Below, piece by piece: positions 39,063-49,148 of a DNA stretch of 64,000 bases (positions are counted from its first letter, which is position 1; each line of letters begins with the position of its first letter). Under the pieces are notes generated by a model. That model ran no database searches. It was not told where the DNA came from and saw nothing but the letters and a program-made list of their open reading frames with translations. Location: assembly GCA_965204755.1 (NCBI GenBank), contig OZ242011.1:3072001-3136000 (forward strand), read 5' to 3'. The translations under genes and the position numbers were made by a program. This DNA comes from Candidatus Marinacidobacterium sp. GTDB lineage: Bacteria; Acidobacteriota; Vicinamibacteria; Marinacidobacterales; Marinacidobacteraceae.

Positions 39063-40175
39063 ATGAGCGGCCTTCCTCCCGCCCACCCGTCCGGCGGGGC
39101 CGCGGTTTCCGGCGCGGGCGCGCGGCTGCGGCGGCGGATCGAGGCGGTGGCCGCCTCCGTCTTCGCCGGCTGGGGCTACGAGGAAGTCCTGGCGCCGCTC
39201 TTCGACTATTCGGAGGTCTTCGCCCGGAGCGGGAGGTGGTCGGAGCGGGCGGCCTACCGGTTCACCGAGGCCGGCGACCTGCTGGCGCTCCGGGCCGACT
39301 TCACCGCGCTGGTGGCCCGGATCGCGGCCACCCAGTTGCCGCGCGAAGTCACCCGGCTGTTCTACCGGGGGGAGACCGCGCGGCGGCAGGCGCGCCGCCT
39401 CGGCCCGGCCACCGGTTCCGAGACCGGGATCGAGCACTTCGGCGGAGGGCCCGAGGCCGACCTCGAGACCCTGCTGGTCGCGCTGGAAGTCCTCGACCGG
39501 CTGGAAGTTTCCGGCTGCTTCGTGACGCTCGGCCACGCCGGGTTCCCGCTCGGCCTGCTGGACGCGGCCCTCGAAGTCGTCCCCGACGCCGCCGCGCGGG
39601 CCGCCGCCCGGAAGGAAGCGCTCGCCGGGCTCTACCGGCGGGACCGGGCGCGGATCCGGGAGGCGCTCGGCCCGGCGGCCGGCCCGCTGACGGCGGCGCT
39701 CGACCGCGCCGGCGGGCCGGAAGTCCTCGCCGCCTCCGCCGCCGAGGAGCGCTCCCTCCCCGATCGCGCGCGGCGGGCGCTCGCCCGGCTGCGGACGATC
39801 TCCGAGACCCTCGCCGCGCTGGGCCTCGCCGACCGGTTCGGGTTCGACCTGGCGGAGATGCGCGGCTTCGACTACTACACCGGCCTGGTCTTCGAGATCC
39901 ACGCGCCGGGCGCCGGCGTGGAGATCGGCGGCGGCGGCCGCTACGACGACCTGTTCGGCAACTACGGCGCCCCCCGCCCGGCGGTCGGGTTCGCGATCCA
40001 GGTGGATCGCGTCGCGGCCCTGCTCGAAGCCGGGGCGCCGGAGGAACCGCCCCCGGCGCCGCTCCCCGTCGCGGGACGCGCTCCCGACGCGCTGGCCGCC
40101 GTCTTCGGGGAGGCGCTGGAGGCCCGGCGGAGCGGCCGTCCGGTCCGGGTCTCGCCCGAGCCGCGGACGCCGTAG
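39063..40175 (+). CDS. hisZ: ATP phosphoribosyltransferase regulatory subunit
   Basis: HisRS-like LALRADFT, YYTGLVFE, GGGRYDDL; no anticodon-binding domain; next to short hisG. Confidence 0.9.
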   Translation: MSGLPPAHPSGGAAVSGAGARLRRRIEAVAASVFAGWGYEEVLAPLFDYSEVFARSGRWSERAAYRFTEAGDLLALRADFTALVARIAATQLPREVTRLFYRGETARRQARRLGPATGSETGIEHFGGGPEADLETLLVALEVLDRLEVSGCFVTLGHAGFPLGLLDAALEVVPDAAARAAARKEALAGLYRRDRARIREALGPAAGPLTAALDRAGGPEVLAASAAEERSLPDRARRALARLRTISETLAALGLADRFGFDLAEMRGFDYYTGLVFEIHAPGAGVEIGGGGRYDDLFGNYGAPRPAVGFAIQVDRVAALLEAGAPEEPPPAPLPVAGRAPDALAAVFGEALEARRSGRPVRVSPEPRTP

Positions 40176-40278
40176 TCCCTCCCGGCGGGCGAACCGCCCC
40201 CCCGCTACCTACAATCCGCGCGCCGCGCCGCCCCCCCGGCGGCGGCGACCCCGACCACCCCGAGCCCCCGCGAACCCC

Positions 40279-40998
40279 ATGGACTCCCGGCTGCTCGTCG
40301 CGCTGCCCACCGGCCGGCTCCTCTCCGCGGTGGCGGGGTTGCTGCGCGAGGCCGGGATCCCGCTGCCGCCGCCGGAGGGGGCCGACCGCAGCCTGCGGGT
40401 GTCCGGGCCGGACGCGGTCGCGCTGTTCGTCAAGGATCGGGATGTCCCGGTCTATGTGGAGCACGGCGCCGCCGATCTCGGCGTGGTGGGGCGGGATGTC
40501 CTCGAAGAGCGTTCCGCCCGGCTCTACGAACCGCTCGACCTCGGCCTCGGCCGGTGCCGGATGGCGCTCGCCCGCCCGGAGGATCGACCGCTGCCCGAAC
40601 CGCCGTTCCGCATCGCCACCAAGTACCCGGAAGCCGCCGCCCGCCACTTCCGCCGCCGGGGGACCGCGGTGGAACTGATCCGCCTCTCCGGGGCGGTGGA
40701 GATCGCCCCCGGCCTCGAACTCGCCGACGGGATCGTGGACCTGGTGGAGACCGGCGCCACGCTCCGCGCCAACGGGTTGGTGGAGGAGGAGACGCTGTTC
40801 GAGAGCACCGCCCGGGTGGTGGTGAACCGCGCCTCCTTCCGTCTGCGCCGCGCGCTGCTCCAACCCGCGCTCCGCCGGCTGGCGGCGGCCGCCGAAGCGG
40901 CCCGGGTCGGCGCCGGGGGCCCGGATGTCCGTCCCGCCATCGCCCCCGCTGTCCAGCCCGCTGTAGGTCCCGCCGTCCGCGGCGCGGTCGGCGGGTAG
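40279..40998 (+). CDS. hisG: ATP phosphoribosyltransferase (short form)
   Basis: ALPTGRL, DVPVYVEHGAADLG, IATKYP, IVDLVETGATL. Confidence 0.95.
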   Translation: MDSRLLVALPTGRLLSAVAGLLREAGIPLPPPEGADRSLRVSGPDAVALFVKDRDVPVYVEHGAADLGVVGRDVLEERSARLYEPLDLGLGRCRMALARPEDRPLPEPPFRIATKYPEAAARHFRRRGTAVELIRLSGAVEIAPGLELADGIVDLVETGATLRANGLVEEETLFESTARVVVNRASFRLRRALLQPALRRLAAAAEAARVGAGGPDVRPAIAPAVQPAVGPAVRGAVGG

Positions 40999-41019
40999 CC
41001 CGCGCGGCCCCTCCCCTCG

Positions 41020-42366
41020 GTGCCGAACGGCAGCGAGCCGGCCGGCCGGTTCGCCCTCCCCATCTTCTCCCGGGCCGCCGCCTACCGCGCCGACCCCCGC
41101 CAGCGGAGCGGCGCCTCCGGCGGGGGAGATCCGGCGGTGACCGCCGCCGTGGCCGCCATCCTCGAGCGCGTGCGGGAGGGCGGCGACGAGGCGCTCCTCG
41201 CCCTGACCCGGGAACTCGACGGCGCGGAACTCGAACCCGCCGCCCTCCGGGTCCCCGAAGAGGAACTGCGCCGCGCCGCCGCCCGCGCCACCGACGACGA
41301 GCGCGCCCTCCTCCGCCGGGCCCGGGCGCGCATCCACGACTACCACCGCCGGGAGCGGGAGGAGTCCTTCCGCATGGACCTCGGCGGGGGCGCCGGGCTC
41401 GAGTGGCGGGTGTTCCCGCTGGCCTCGGCCGGCGTCTATGTCCCCGGCGGCGCCGCCGTCTATCCCTCCACGGTGCTCATGAACACCGTCCCGGCGGCGG
41501 TCGCGGGCGTCCCCCGGATCGCGCTGGCCACGCCGCCGGGGGCGCTGGAGCGGAGCCCGGCGCTCGCCGCCGCCATCGAGATCGCCGGGGTGACCGAGGC
41601 GTACCGGATAGGCGGCGCGCAGGCGGTGGCGGCGTTCGCCTTCGGGACGGAGACGGTCGCGCCGGTGCTGAAGGTGGTCGGCCCCGGGAACGCGTATGTG
41701 GCGGAGGCGAAACGGCAGGTCGGCGCGCTGGTCGGCGTGGACTCCTTCGCCGGCCCCTCGGAACTCGCCGTCGTGGCCGACGGCAGCGCCCGCCCGGACT
41801 GGATCGCCGCCGACCTGCTCGCCCAGGCGGAGCACGGCTCCGGCGGCGAGCGCGTCGTCCTGGTAACCACTTCCGGTGAGGAAGCCGCGGCGGTGGCCGC
41901 GGAAATCGCCCGGCAGGCGCCCGGCCAGCCGAACGAGGAGGCCATCGCCCGGGCCCTCGCCCGGCGGGGGGCGGCGGTGGTGGTTCGCGACCTCGACGAG
42001 GCGGTGGAGGTCGCCGAGGAGATCGCCCCGGAGCACCTCCAGGTGGTCACCGCCGACCCGGACCGGATCGCCGACCGCTTCCCCGCGGCGGGGACGGTGC
42101 TGCTCGGCGCCCACACCCCGGCGGCCGCCTCCGACTACGGCGCCGGGCCGAACCATGTGCTCCCCACCGGCGGCGCCGCCCGGTTCGCCTCGCCGCTGGG
42201 CGTCGGCGACTTCCTGAAGCGCCAGAGCCGGGTCCGCTACCGGCGGGAGACGCTGCGGGGCCTCCGGGACGACTTCGAGCGGTTCGCCCGGCTGGAGGGG
42301 TTCGAAGCGCACGCCCGCTCGGTCGCCGCCCGGTTCGAGCCGCCCCCGGAGGGCCGGGCGCGGTGA
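41020..42366 (+). CDS. hisD: Histidinol dehydrogenase
   Basis: YVPGGAAVYPSTVLM, GPGNAYV, AGPSE, QAEH, APEHL, GPNHVLPT. Confidence 0.97.
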   Translation: MPNGSEPAGRFALPIFSRAAAYRADPRQRSGASGGGDPAVTAAVAAILERVREGGDEALLALTRELDGAELEPAALRVPEEELRRAAARATDDERALLRRARARIHDYHRREREESFRMDLGGGAGLEWRVFPLASAGVYVPGGAAVYPSTVLMNTVPAAVAGVPRIALATPPGALERSPALAAAIEIAGVTEAYRIGGAQAVAAFAFGTETVAPVLKVVGPGNAYVAEAKRQVGALVGVDSFAGPSELAVVADGSARPDWIAADLLAQAEHGSGGERVVLVTTSGEEAAAVAAEIARQAPGQPNEEAIARALARRGAAVVVRDLDEAVEVAEEIAPEHLQVVTADPDRIADRFPAAGTVLLGAHTPAAASDYGAGPNHVLPTGGAARFASPLGVGDFLKRQSRVRYRRETLRGLRDDFERFARLEGFEAHARSVAARFEPPPEGRAR

Positions 42367-43490
42367 AACCGGTCCCGACGGCGGCGGTCCGCCCGGAAGT
42401 CCTCGAGTTCCCGGCGGACGCGAACCGCCGCCCGGAGGCCCGGATCCACCTGGAGTGGAACGAGAGCCGCTGGCCGATCCCGGCGGAGGTCAGCCGGGCC
42501 CTGGCCGACGCGGTCGGCGCCGCCGACCCCCGTCCGTACCCGGACACCCTCTACCCCGGGCTGCGGCGGCGGTTGGCGGAAGTCAGCGACTGGGATCCGG
42601 ACGGGATCGTCTTCGGGAGCGGGGGCGACGAGATGCTGGCCCTCGCCGCCCTCGCGACGACCGGCTCGGGGGCGGCCGGGACTTACCCGTCGCCGGGTTT
42701 TTCGATGTATCCGTGGGCGCTGCGGGTCGCCGGGGCGCGCGCGCTGCCGTACCCGCTGGGCGCCGACCTCCGCTACGACCTGCCGGCGGTCTTCGCGCTC
42801 TTCGCCGCCGGGCAGCCGTCGCTGGCGTTCGTCACCGCGCCGCACAACCCCACCGGCGAGTTGCTGCCGGAGGCGGCGCTGCGGGAGTTGGCCGCCGCCG
42901 CTCCCGGCTTCCTGCTGGTGGACGAGGCCTACTTCGAGTTCTCCTCCGGGAACGCCCGCCCGCTGCTCGACGACTTCGGGAATGTGCTGATCCTCCGCAC
43001 CTTCTCGAAGGCGATGGCGATGGCGGGGGCGCGGCTCGGCTACCTGCTCGGTCGGCCGGAGGCGGTCTCGCTGCTGCGCCGCGCCCAGGCGCCGTTCCCG
43101 GTGGGGGTCTATACCTGCCGGGCGGCGCTGGCGGCGCTGGGCTTCCGGGAGGTCCTCCTCGACCTGACCCGCCGGATCGCCGCGGAGCGGGACTCGCTCG
43201 CCGAACGGCTCCGCGCCCTTCCCGGCGTCTCGGTCCCGCCCTCGGAGGCGAACTTCCTGCTGTTCCACACTCCCCTCCCGGCGACGGCGCTCTCCCGCCG
43301 GCTGCTCGCCCGCGGCGTCTCCGTCCGGGACTTCTCCGGCCACCCGCGCCTCCGCTTCGCGCTCCGGGCAACGGTGGGCCCGCCGGAGGAGAACGCGGTA
43401 TTCCTCGCCGCTCTCGAAGATTCGCTCCGCGCGGAACCCGCCGAGGAGGAGATCGCCGCCGCCGGCGGCTCCGTCTTCCCGGTGGCCTGA
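42363..43490 (+). CDS. hisC: Histidinol-phosphate aminotransferase
   Basis: PHNPTG, DEAYFEF, RTFSKAMAMAGARLGY. Confidence 0.95.
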   Translation: MKPVPTAAVRPEVLEFPADANRRPEARIHLEWNESRWPIPAEVSRALADAVGAADPRPYPDTLYPGLRRRLAEVSDWDPDGIVFGSGGDEMLALAALATTGSGAAGTYPSPGFSMYPWALRVAGARALPYPLGADLRYDLPAVFALFAAGQPSLAFVTAPHNPTGELLPEAALRELAAAAPGFLLVDEAYFEFSSGNARPLLDDFGNVLILRTFSKAMAMAGARLGYLLGRPEAVSLLRRAQAPFPVGVYTCRAALAALGFREVLLDLTRRIAAERDSLAERLRALPGVSVPPSEANFLLFHTPLPATALSRRLLARGVSVRDFSGHPRLRFALRATVGPPEENAVFLAALEDSLRAEPAEEEIAAAGGSVFPVA

Positions 43491-43526
43491 CCGGCCGCCC
43501 CGGCGAACCACCCCGGCAACACCCCG

Positions 43527-44141
43527 ATGACCGACCGCCCTCCCCGCCGCGCCGCCTGCGAACGCGAGACCCGCGAGACCCGCGTCCGCGTCGCGATCGA
43601 CCTCGACCCGCCGCCCGACTCACCGAAGCCGCGGGCCGAAGTCTCCACCGGCCTCGGCTTCCTCGACCACATGCTCGACGCGTTCGCCCGCCACTCCGGG
43701 GTCGCGCTCACCGTCGAGGCGAAGGGGGACCTGGAAGTGGACCCCCACCACACCATGGAGGATGTGGGGCTCGCGCTCGGCGGGGCGATCGCCGACGCGC
43801 TCGGCGACCTCGCCGGGGTCCGAAGATTCGGCGCCGCGCATGTCCCGCTCGACGAGGCGCTCAGCCGGGTGGTGGTGGACCTCTGCGGCCGCCCGTTCCT
43901 CGCCTGGCGCGCCGCCTTCCCCGCCGAGCGGGTCGGGGAAGTGCCCACGGAACTCTTCGAGGACTTCTTCCGGGCGCTCACCGACCGGGCGCGGATCACC
44001 GCGCATGTGGATGTGTTGGCCGGCCGGAACACCCACCACATCGCCGAGACCGTCTTCAAGGCCTTCGCCCGCGCCTTCGCCGGGGCGAAGGAAGTCGTGG
44101 GCGTGGAGGTCCCGTCCACCAAGGGGACGCTGACGGCTTGA
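43527..44141 (+). CDS. hisB: Imidazoleglycerol-phosphate dehydratase
   Basis: RETRET, FLDHML, DPHHTMED, NTHHIAE, PSTKG. Confidence 0.97.
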   Translation: MTDRPPRRAACERETRETRVRVAIDLDPPPDSPKPRAEVSTGLGFLDHMLDAFARHSGVALTVEAKGDLEVDPHHTMEDVGLALGGAIADALGDLAGVRRFGAAHVPLDEALSRVVVDLCGRPFLAWRAAFPAERVGEVPTELFEDFFRALTDRARITAHVDVLAGRNTHHIAETVFKAFARAFAGAKEVVGVEVPSTKGTLTA

Positions 44142-44797
44142 CGGGGAGCGGGGGCGCGTCCGGCCCGCCGGCGCTGGTGGTGGACCACGGCGCCGGCAAC
44201 CTCGCCAGCATGGTGCGGGCGCTCCGGCGCGGCGGCCGGGCGGAACTGACCTCCGACCCGGCCCGGATCGCCGGGGCCGAGCGGCTGGTGCTGCCCGGCA
44301 ACGGGCACTTCGGGGAAGCCATGCGGGGGCTCCGGGAGCGCGGGCTGGAAGCGCCGCTCCTCCGGGCGGTGGAGGAAGGGGCGAGCCTGCTCGGGGTCTG
44401 CGTGGGTCTCCAGATGCTGTTCCCCGCGAGCGAGGAAGCGCCGGGCGTTCCCGGCCTCTCGCTCCTCCCCGGCGAGGTCCGCCGGTTCCGACCGGGGCGC
44501 CCGGTGCCCCACATCGGGTGGAACCGGCTGGAAGCGGTGCGCCCGGGGCCGGTGCTCGCCGGGCTGCCGGAGGGGGGGTACGCCTACTTCCTCCATGCCT
44601 ACTACGCGGCGCCGGAGGAGCCGGAGCACCGGCTCGCGGAGACGGAGTACGGCTGCCGGTTCGCCGCCGCCGCCGGGGCCGGGCGGGTGACCGGGATCCA
44701 GTTCCACCCGGAGAAGAGCGGCCGGCTGGGCGCCCGCGTGCTCGCCAACTTCCTCCGCCCGGCAGCCCTCCCGCCGGATTCGGCGACCCCGCGATGA
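44138..44797 (+). CDS. hisH: Imidazole glycerol phosphate synthase glutaminase subunit
   Basis: GAGNLAS, LPGNG, GVCVGLQ, PHIGWN, QFHPEKS; TTGA overlap. Confidence 0.95.
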   Translation: MTGSGGASGPPALVVDHGAGNLASMVRALRRGGRAELTSDPARIAGAERLVLPGNGHFGEAMRGLRERGLEAPLLRAVEEGASLLGVCVGLQMLFPASEEAPGVPGLSLLPGEVRRFRPGRPVPHIGWNRLEAVRPGPVLAGLPEGGYAYFLHAYYAAPEEPEHRLAETEYGCRFAAAAGAGRVTGIQFHPEKSGRLGARVLANFLRPAALPPDSATPR

Positions 44798-45555
44798 CCG
44801 CTCCGGACGCCGTGCAGCCGATCCCGGCGGTGGACCTGCTCGGCGGCGAGGTCGTCCGGCTCTACCGGGGCGAGCGGGCGCGGGCGACGCGCTACGGCGA
44901 CCCGCTCGAAGCGGCGGAGCGCTTCGCGGCCGCCGGCGCCCGCCGGCTCCATGTGGTGGACCTCGACGGCGCCTTCGGCGGCAGCGGGAACCCGGAGGCG
45001 GTGCGGCGGCTGCTCGGCGTGTCCGGGTTGTCGGTGCAGGTCGCCGGCGGGGTGCGGACGCTCCCGGCCTTCGCCGCGCTCCGGGAGGCCGGGGCGGCGC
45101 GGGTGGTGTTCGGCACCGCCGCCCTCGAAACCCCGGAGGTGGTGGAGGAGGCGGCGCGGCGCGACCCGGCGGGAGTCGCGGTCGCCCTCGATGTGCGCGC
45201 CGGCCGGCTGCGCGGGCGCGGCTGGGTGGCCGGCGGGGAGACCGGCGGGGAAACCCCGGAGGACGCCGCCCGGCGCTGGGCGGACGCCGGGGTCGGGGCG
45301 CTGGTCCACACCCGCATCGAGCGCGACGGCACGATGGAGGGCCCGGACCTCGACGGCGCGCTCCGGGTGGCCGCCGCTTCCGGGATCCCCACGATCCTCG
45401 CCGGCGGGGTCGGGGAGACTGCCCACCTGGCGGCGGCGGCCGCCGCCCGCGGGCCTTCGGGCGCCCGGCTCTCCGGGGTGATCCTGGGCCGCGCGCTCTA
45501 CGAGGGCCGGTTCACCCTGGCCGAGGCCCGCGCCGCCCTGACGCTCCCCGGCTGA
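44794..45555 (+). CDS. hisA: ProFAR isomerase
   Basis: IPAVDLLGGEVVRL, HVVDLDGA, RDGTMEG, GRALYEG. Confidence 0.95.
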   Translation: MTAPDAVQPIPAVDLLGGEVVRLYRGERARATRYGDPLEAAERFAAAGARRLHVVDLDGAFGGSGNPEAVRRLLGVSGLSVQVAGGVRTLPAFAALREAGAARVVFGTAALETPEVVEEAARRDPAGVAVALDVRAGRLRGRGWVAGGETGGETPEDAARRWADAGVGALVHTRIERDGTMEGPDLDGALRVAAASGIPTILAGGVGETAHLAAAAAARGPSGARLSGVILGRALYEGRFTLAEARAALTLPG

Positions 45556-45591
45556 CGGCTTCCGCTTGACGCCCGCGCCGGGGTGGCGCCG

Positions 45592-46278
45592 TCAGTCCGG
45601 GTCGGCGGGGAAGCGGCGGGCGAGTTCCCCGCCCACCCGGTCGGGCGCGACGCCCCGGCTCTTGAGCAGCACCAGCAGGTGGTAGAGCAGGTCCGCCGCC
45701 TCGCCGACGACTTCCTCCTCGGTCCCGGCGGCCGCGGCGAGCGCGGTCTCCACGCCTTCCTCGCCGACCTTCTGGGCGATGCGGGCGGCGCCCGCCGCGA
45801 GCAGCCGGGCGGTGTAGGAGTCCTCGGGCCGCTTCTCGGCGCGGTCGTCCACGAGGGCGGCCAGCCGGGTCAGCGCCGCCGCCAGCCCGGGCGCCGGTTC
45901 CACTTCCGCGCCGCCGTCCCCCCCGCCCTCGAACAGCGGCTCGAAGAAGCAGGACTCCTCGCCGGTGTGGCAGGTCGGGCCGGCCGGGTCGGCTTCGACC
46001 AGCAGCGCGTCCCGGTCGCAGTCCGTCCGGAGGGAGCGGAGGCGGAGGAAGTTCCCCGAGGTCTCGCCCTTCTTCCACAGCGCGCCGCGGCGGCGCGAGA
46101 AGAAGTGCACTTCGCCGGTCGCCAGCGTCCGCTCGAGCGCCTCGGCGTTCATCCACCCGAGCATGAGCACCCGCCCGGTGCGCCGGTGCTGCACCACCGC
46201 CGGAGCGAGCCCGGCCTCGTTCCAGCGGATCGCGCCGCCGGCGGGCGCGGGGCCGCCTCCCGCCCGGTCCCCGCTCAT
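45592..46278 (-). CDS. hisIE: Bifunctional phosphoribosyl-AMP cyclohydrolase / phosphoribosyl-ATP diphosphatase
   Basis: [37 protein letters not shown]. Confidence 0.95.
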   Translation of the reverse strand: MSGDRAGGGPAPAGGAIRWNEAGLAPAVVQHRRTGRVLMLGWMNAEALERTLATGEVHFFSRRRGALWKKGETSGNFLRLRSLRTDCDRDALLVEADPAGPTCHTGEESCFFEPLFEGGGDGGAEVEPAPGLAAALTRLAALVDDRAEKRPEDSYTARLLAAGAARIAQKVGEEGVETALAAAAGTEEEVVGEAADLLYHLLVLLKSRGVAPDRVGGELARRFPADPD

Positions 46279-47084
46279 CCGGCGGGGCCGAAGAAGTCGG
46301 CCTCCGGCGGGCGCACCGGAATCCCCCGCGCCCCGAGGAACCGCTTCGCCTCCGGGATCGCGTACATCCGGCGGTGGAAGATGGAGGCGGCGAGCGCGGC
46401 GCTCGCGCCGGTCCGCTCGAAGACCTCCGCCAGGTGGAGCAGGTTCCCGGCGCCGCCGGAAGCGATCACCGGGATGGACACCGCTCCGGCGGCCTCCCGC
46501 AACTGCTCCAGGTCGTAGCCGTCCTGCGTCCCGTCCCGATCCATGCTGGTGAGCAGGACTTCGCCGGCGCCGAGTTCCTCGCCCCGGCGGATCCACTCCA
46601 CGGCGTCCAGCCCGGTCGGCGTCCGCCCCCCGGCGACCACGACCTCGAACCCGCCGGCGCCGTCGTTTCCGTCACCGCCGCTCCGCCGCCGCGCGTCCAC
46701 CGCCAGCACCACGCACTGCGACCCGAACCGCCGGGCGCACTCTTCGAGCAGTCCCGGCCGGGCGACCGCCGCGCTGTTCATCGACACCTTGTCCGCCCCC
46801 GCCCGCAGCAGGCGGTCGAAGTCCGAAACCCGGCGGACGCCCCCGCCCACGGTGAGCGGGATGGTCAGCGCCTCCGCGACCCGCGACACCGTCCGGACCG
46901 CGGCGCCCCGCTCCTCCCAGGTCGCGGTGATGTCCAGCAGGCAGATCTCGTCCGCCTCGTCCCGGTCGTAGGCGGCGGCGCACTCCACCGGATCCCCCTC
47001 GTCGGTGAGGTCGAGGAACCGCACCCCCTTCACCACCCGCCCGTCCTTCACATCGAGACAGGGGATGATCCGCCGCGCCAGCAC
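46275..47084 (-). CDS. hisF: Imidazole glycerol phosphate synthase cyclase subunit
   Basis: [33 protein letters not shown]. Confidence 0.97.
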   Translation of the reverse strand: MLARRIIPCLDVKDGRVVKGVRFLDLTDEGDPVECAAAYDRDEADEICLLDITATWEERGAAVRTVSRVAEALTIPLTVGGGVRRVSDFDRLLRAGADKVSMNSAAVARPGLLEECARRFGSQCVVLAVDARRRSGGDGNDGAGGFEVVVAGGRTPTGLDAVEWIRRGEELGAGEVLLTSMDRDGTQDGYDLEQLREAAGAVSIPVIASGGAGNLLHLAEVFERTGASAALAASIFHRRMYAIPEAKRFLGARGIPVRPPEADFFGPAG

Positions 47085-47129
47085 GGCGGCGATTATCGCG
47101 CCTCCTTCCCCCGCCTCCTCTCCGAGGAG

Positions 47130-47630
47130 CTATACACAATTCCGCCGAGCTATACACAATTCCCCGGAGCTATACACAATTCGCGCGGAGCTATACACAA
47201 TCCCCGGAGCTATACACAATTCGCTCGCACCTATACACAATTCGGACAATTCGGGCTCACCTATACACAATTCGGCCCGATTCGGCCCGGTTCGGCGCGA
47301 TTTCGGCCCGTCCGAGGCTTGCCCGCCGCTCCGGTCGTCCCGTCGCCCGCGGCCCCGGCGAACCCGCCCCATTCGGCCCCCTTCGGCTCCATTCGGCCCC
47401 ATGTCGTCCCTACGGCCCCCTTCGACCCCATCCCGTTGCCGGCGAACCCCCCGGGCGGAACCATCCGCCGCGCCCCCGGGCCGCCGGCCGCCCGGCTATA
47501 CACAATTCGCGCGCCGCCCGGCGCGGCGGGAGCCTCAGCTATACACAATTCCCCGGAGCTATACACAATTCCGGGCACCTATACACAATTCCCGGAGCTA
47601 TACACAATTCCTCGGAGCTATACACAATTC
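47130..47630 (+). repeat. 13 direct copies of CTATACACAAT in two ~20-bp-phased clusters
   Basis: Copies start at 47130, 47150, 47170, 47191, 47210, 47231, 47261 and 47496, 47539, 47559, 47579, 47598, 47618. Confidence 0.95.
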
Positions 47631-47675
47631 GCCGCCCGGTCGCGGCGCAGGGCGGGGAACCGCCGTCTGTCAAGA

Positions 47676-47718
47676 GACACCAACTTTTACGCAGTCGGGG
47701 GACACCGACTTTTACGCA
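47676..47718 (+). repeat. 18-bp direct repeat GACACC(A/G)ACTTTTACGCA x2
   Basis: Copies at 47676-47693 and 47701-47718. Confidence 0.85.
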
Positions 47719-47765
47719 CCCGGCGCCGGCGGAGGGGGTCGGGCGCGCCCCGTAGAATCCCGCCC

Positions 47766-48587
47766 GTGCCCGAGCCGCTGCCGCTCCACCCCCGGGCGGC
47801 CGCGCCGACCGGCCCTCCGCCGGGCCCGGCGCAGGAACTCCGCGCCCGGAGGGACGGCGTCGCGGCCGCGCTCGGCGAAACCGCCTGGACCGAGGGGGTG
47901 CGGGCGCTGTTTCCCCTCGCGGCCTCCGCGACCATGGAACTCACCGGCGCCGCGGTGAGCGACGCGGACCGGGAAGCCGCGGCGGGCGCGTTCGTCCCGC
48001 CCGGCGTCCGGTCCGGCGTCCTGCCCGGTGTCTTGCCCGGCGTCCCGCCCGGCGTCCTGCCTGGCGTCTTGCCTGGCGTCTTGGGGCCCCCGATGGCGGC
48101 GCTCGCCCACCTCTCCGAGGCAGCCGCGCGGGACCGCAACCCGACCCGGCGACTCGCCGCCGAAGTCCACGCGCTCGCCACCTCCGCTCCGGCGCCCTCG
48201 CGGTTCCGGCTCGAGCAGATCGAGCCGCAGTTCGCCGGCGCCGGCCTCTCGCCGCCGCAGACCATCGCCGTCCGCCTCGACGACCTGCTGGAATGGATCG
48301 CCGGCGGGAGCGGGAGCGACCTCGAGACCGCGCCCCGCGCCGCGCTGTTCTTCGCCCGGTTCCTCGAGATCTCGCCGTTCCCGCGCGCCAACTTCCGGGC
48401 GGCGCACCTCCTCCTGACCTTCTTCGCGCTCGCCGACCGCCAGCCGCCGATCTGGTTCGAGGTCGCCGACGCGGCCGGGATTCGCCGCGATGTCTCCCGC
48501 GCCTTCCGCTTCGACACCGCGCCCCTGACCGAACGCATCGAGCGGGCGCTCCGGCGCTCGCTGGACGAAGTCGCCGGGCCTTCGTGA
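47766..48587 (+). CDS. Fic/Fido-like protein with degenerate active site
   Basis: FLEISPFPRANFRAAHLL aligns with HPFxxGNGRxxR; TAGAAT 7 nt before the GTG. Confidence 0.65.
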   Translation: MPEPLPLHPRAAAPTGPPPGPAQELRARRDGVAAALGETAWTEGVRALFPLAASATMELTGAAVSDADREAAAGAFVPPGVRSGVLPGVLPGVPPGVLPGVLPGVLGPPMAALAHLSEAAARDRNPTRRLAAEVHALATSAPAPSRFRLEQIEPQFAGAGLSPPQTIAVRLDDLLEWIAGGSGSDLETAPRAALFFARFLEISPFPRANFRAAHLLLTFFALADRQPPIWFEVADAAGIRRDVSRAFRFDTAPLTERIERALRRSLDEVAGPS

Positions 48588-48603
48588 CGGAGGACGCCGC
48601 GCC

Positions 48604-48867
48604 GTGATCCGCCTCTTCCTCTCGGCGCTCCAGGCGCCGCCCCCGCCGGCGGTCGAATTCTTCACGCTGCCCGACCCGGAGCCGCCCCGCGGCATCCTGT
48701 TCCTGATCCTGGAGTCCTTCTTCATGATCGCGGTGATGTTGGCCGTCACCGCCGTGGTCGGCGTCGGCGTCGGGTTCCTCCGCCTCTGGCTGCTCCGTCG
48801 CTACCCGAACAACCCGTTCAACGGCAGCGGCCGGGACGCCCCGCGGATCGACCTGAGCCGCCGGTAG
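48604..48867 (+). CDS. Small membrane protein
   Basis: 87 aa with one long hydrophobic segment. Confidence 0.6.
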   Translation: MIRLFLSALQAPPPPAVEFFTLPDPEPPRGILFLILESFFMIAVMLAVTAVVGVGVGFLRLWLLRRYPNNPFNGSGRDAPRIDLSRR

Positions 48868-49148
48868 CCCGGCCGTATCAGCCCGTGGAAAAAGCGCCCC
48901 GCCGTCCACTCCTCGACGCGAGGGCGCCAAGTCCGCGTTCGGTTTCGCGGCGGGGCGCTCTTCCCACGGGCCGGCGGCGCGAATCGCTGCGCGATTCCCC
49001 CCGCCATCTATCGCGGGGAGGGGGCCACCCCCTCCCCGCACCCCTCCCCGGTCGGCGCTTCGCGCCGACGGGGGCTCTCCGGACTTTCTCCACGGGCTGG
49101 TAGGCCTGTCTGGCCTGTCGGCCTGTCGCGCTGTCGGCCTGTCGGCTC

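Noticed and set aside
47130-47630. CRISPR array
   Set aside because: Repeat core is only 11-16 bp with spacers mostly under 10 bp; no cas genes in the window
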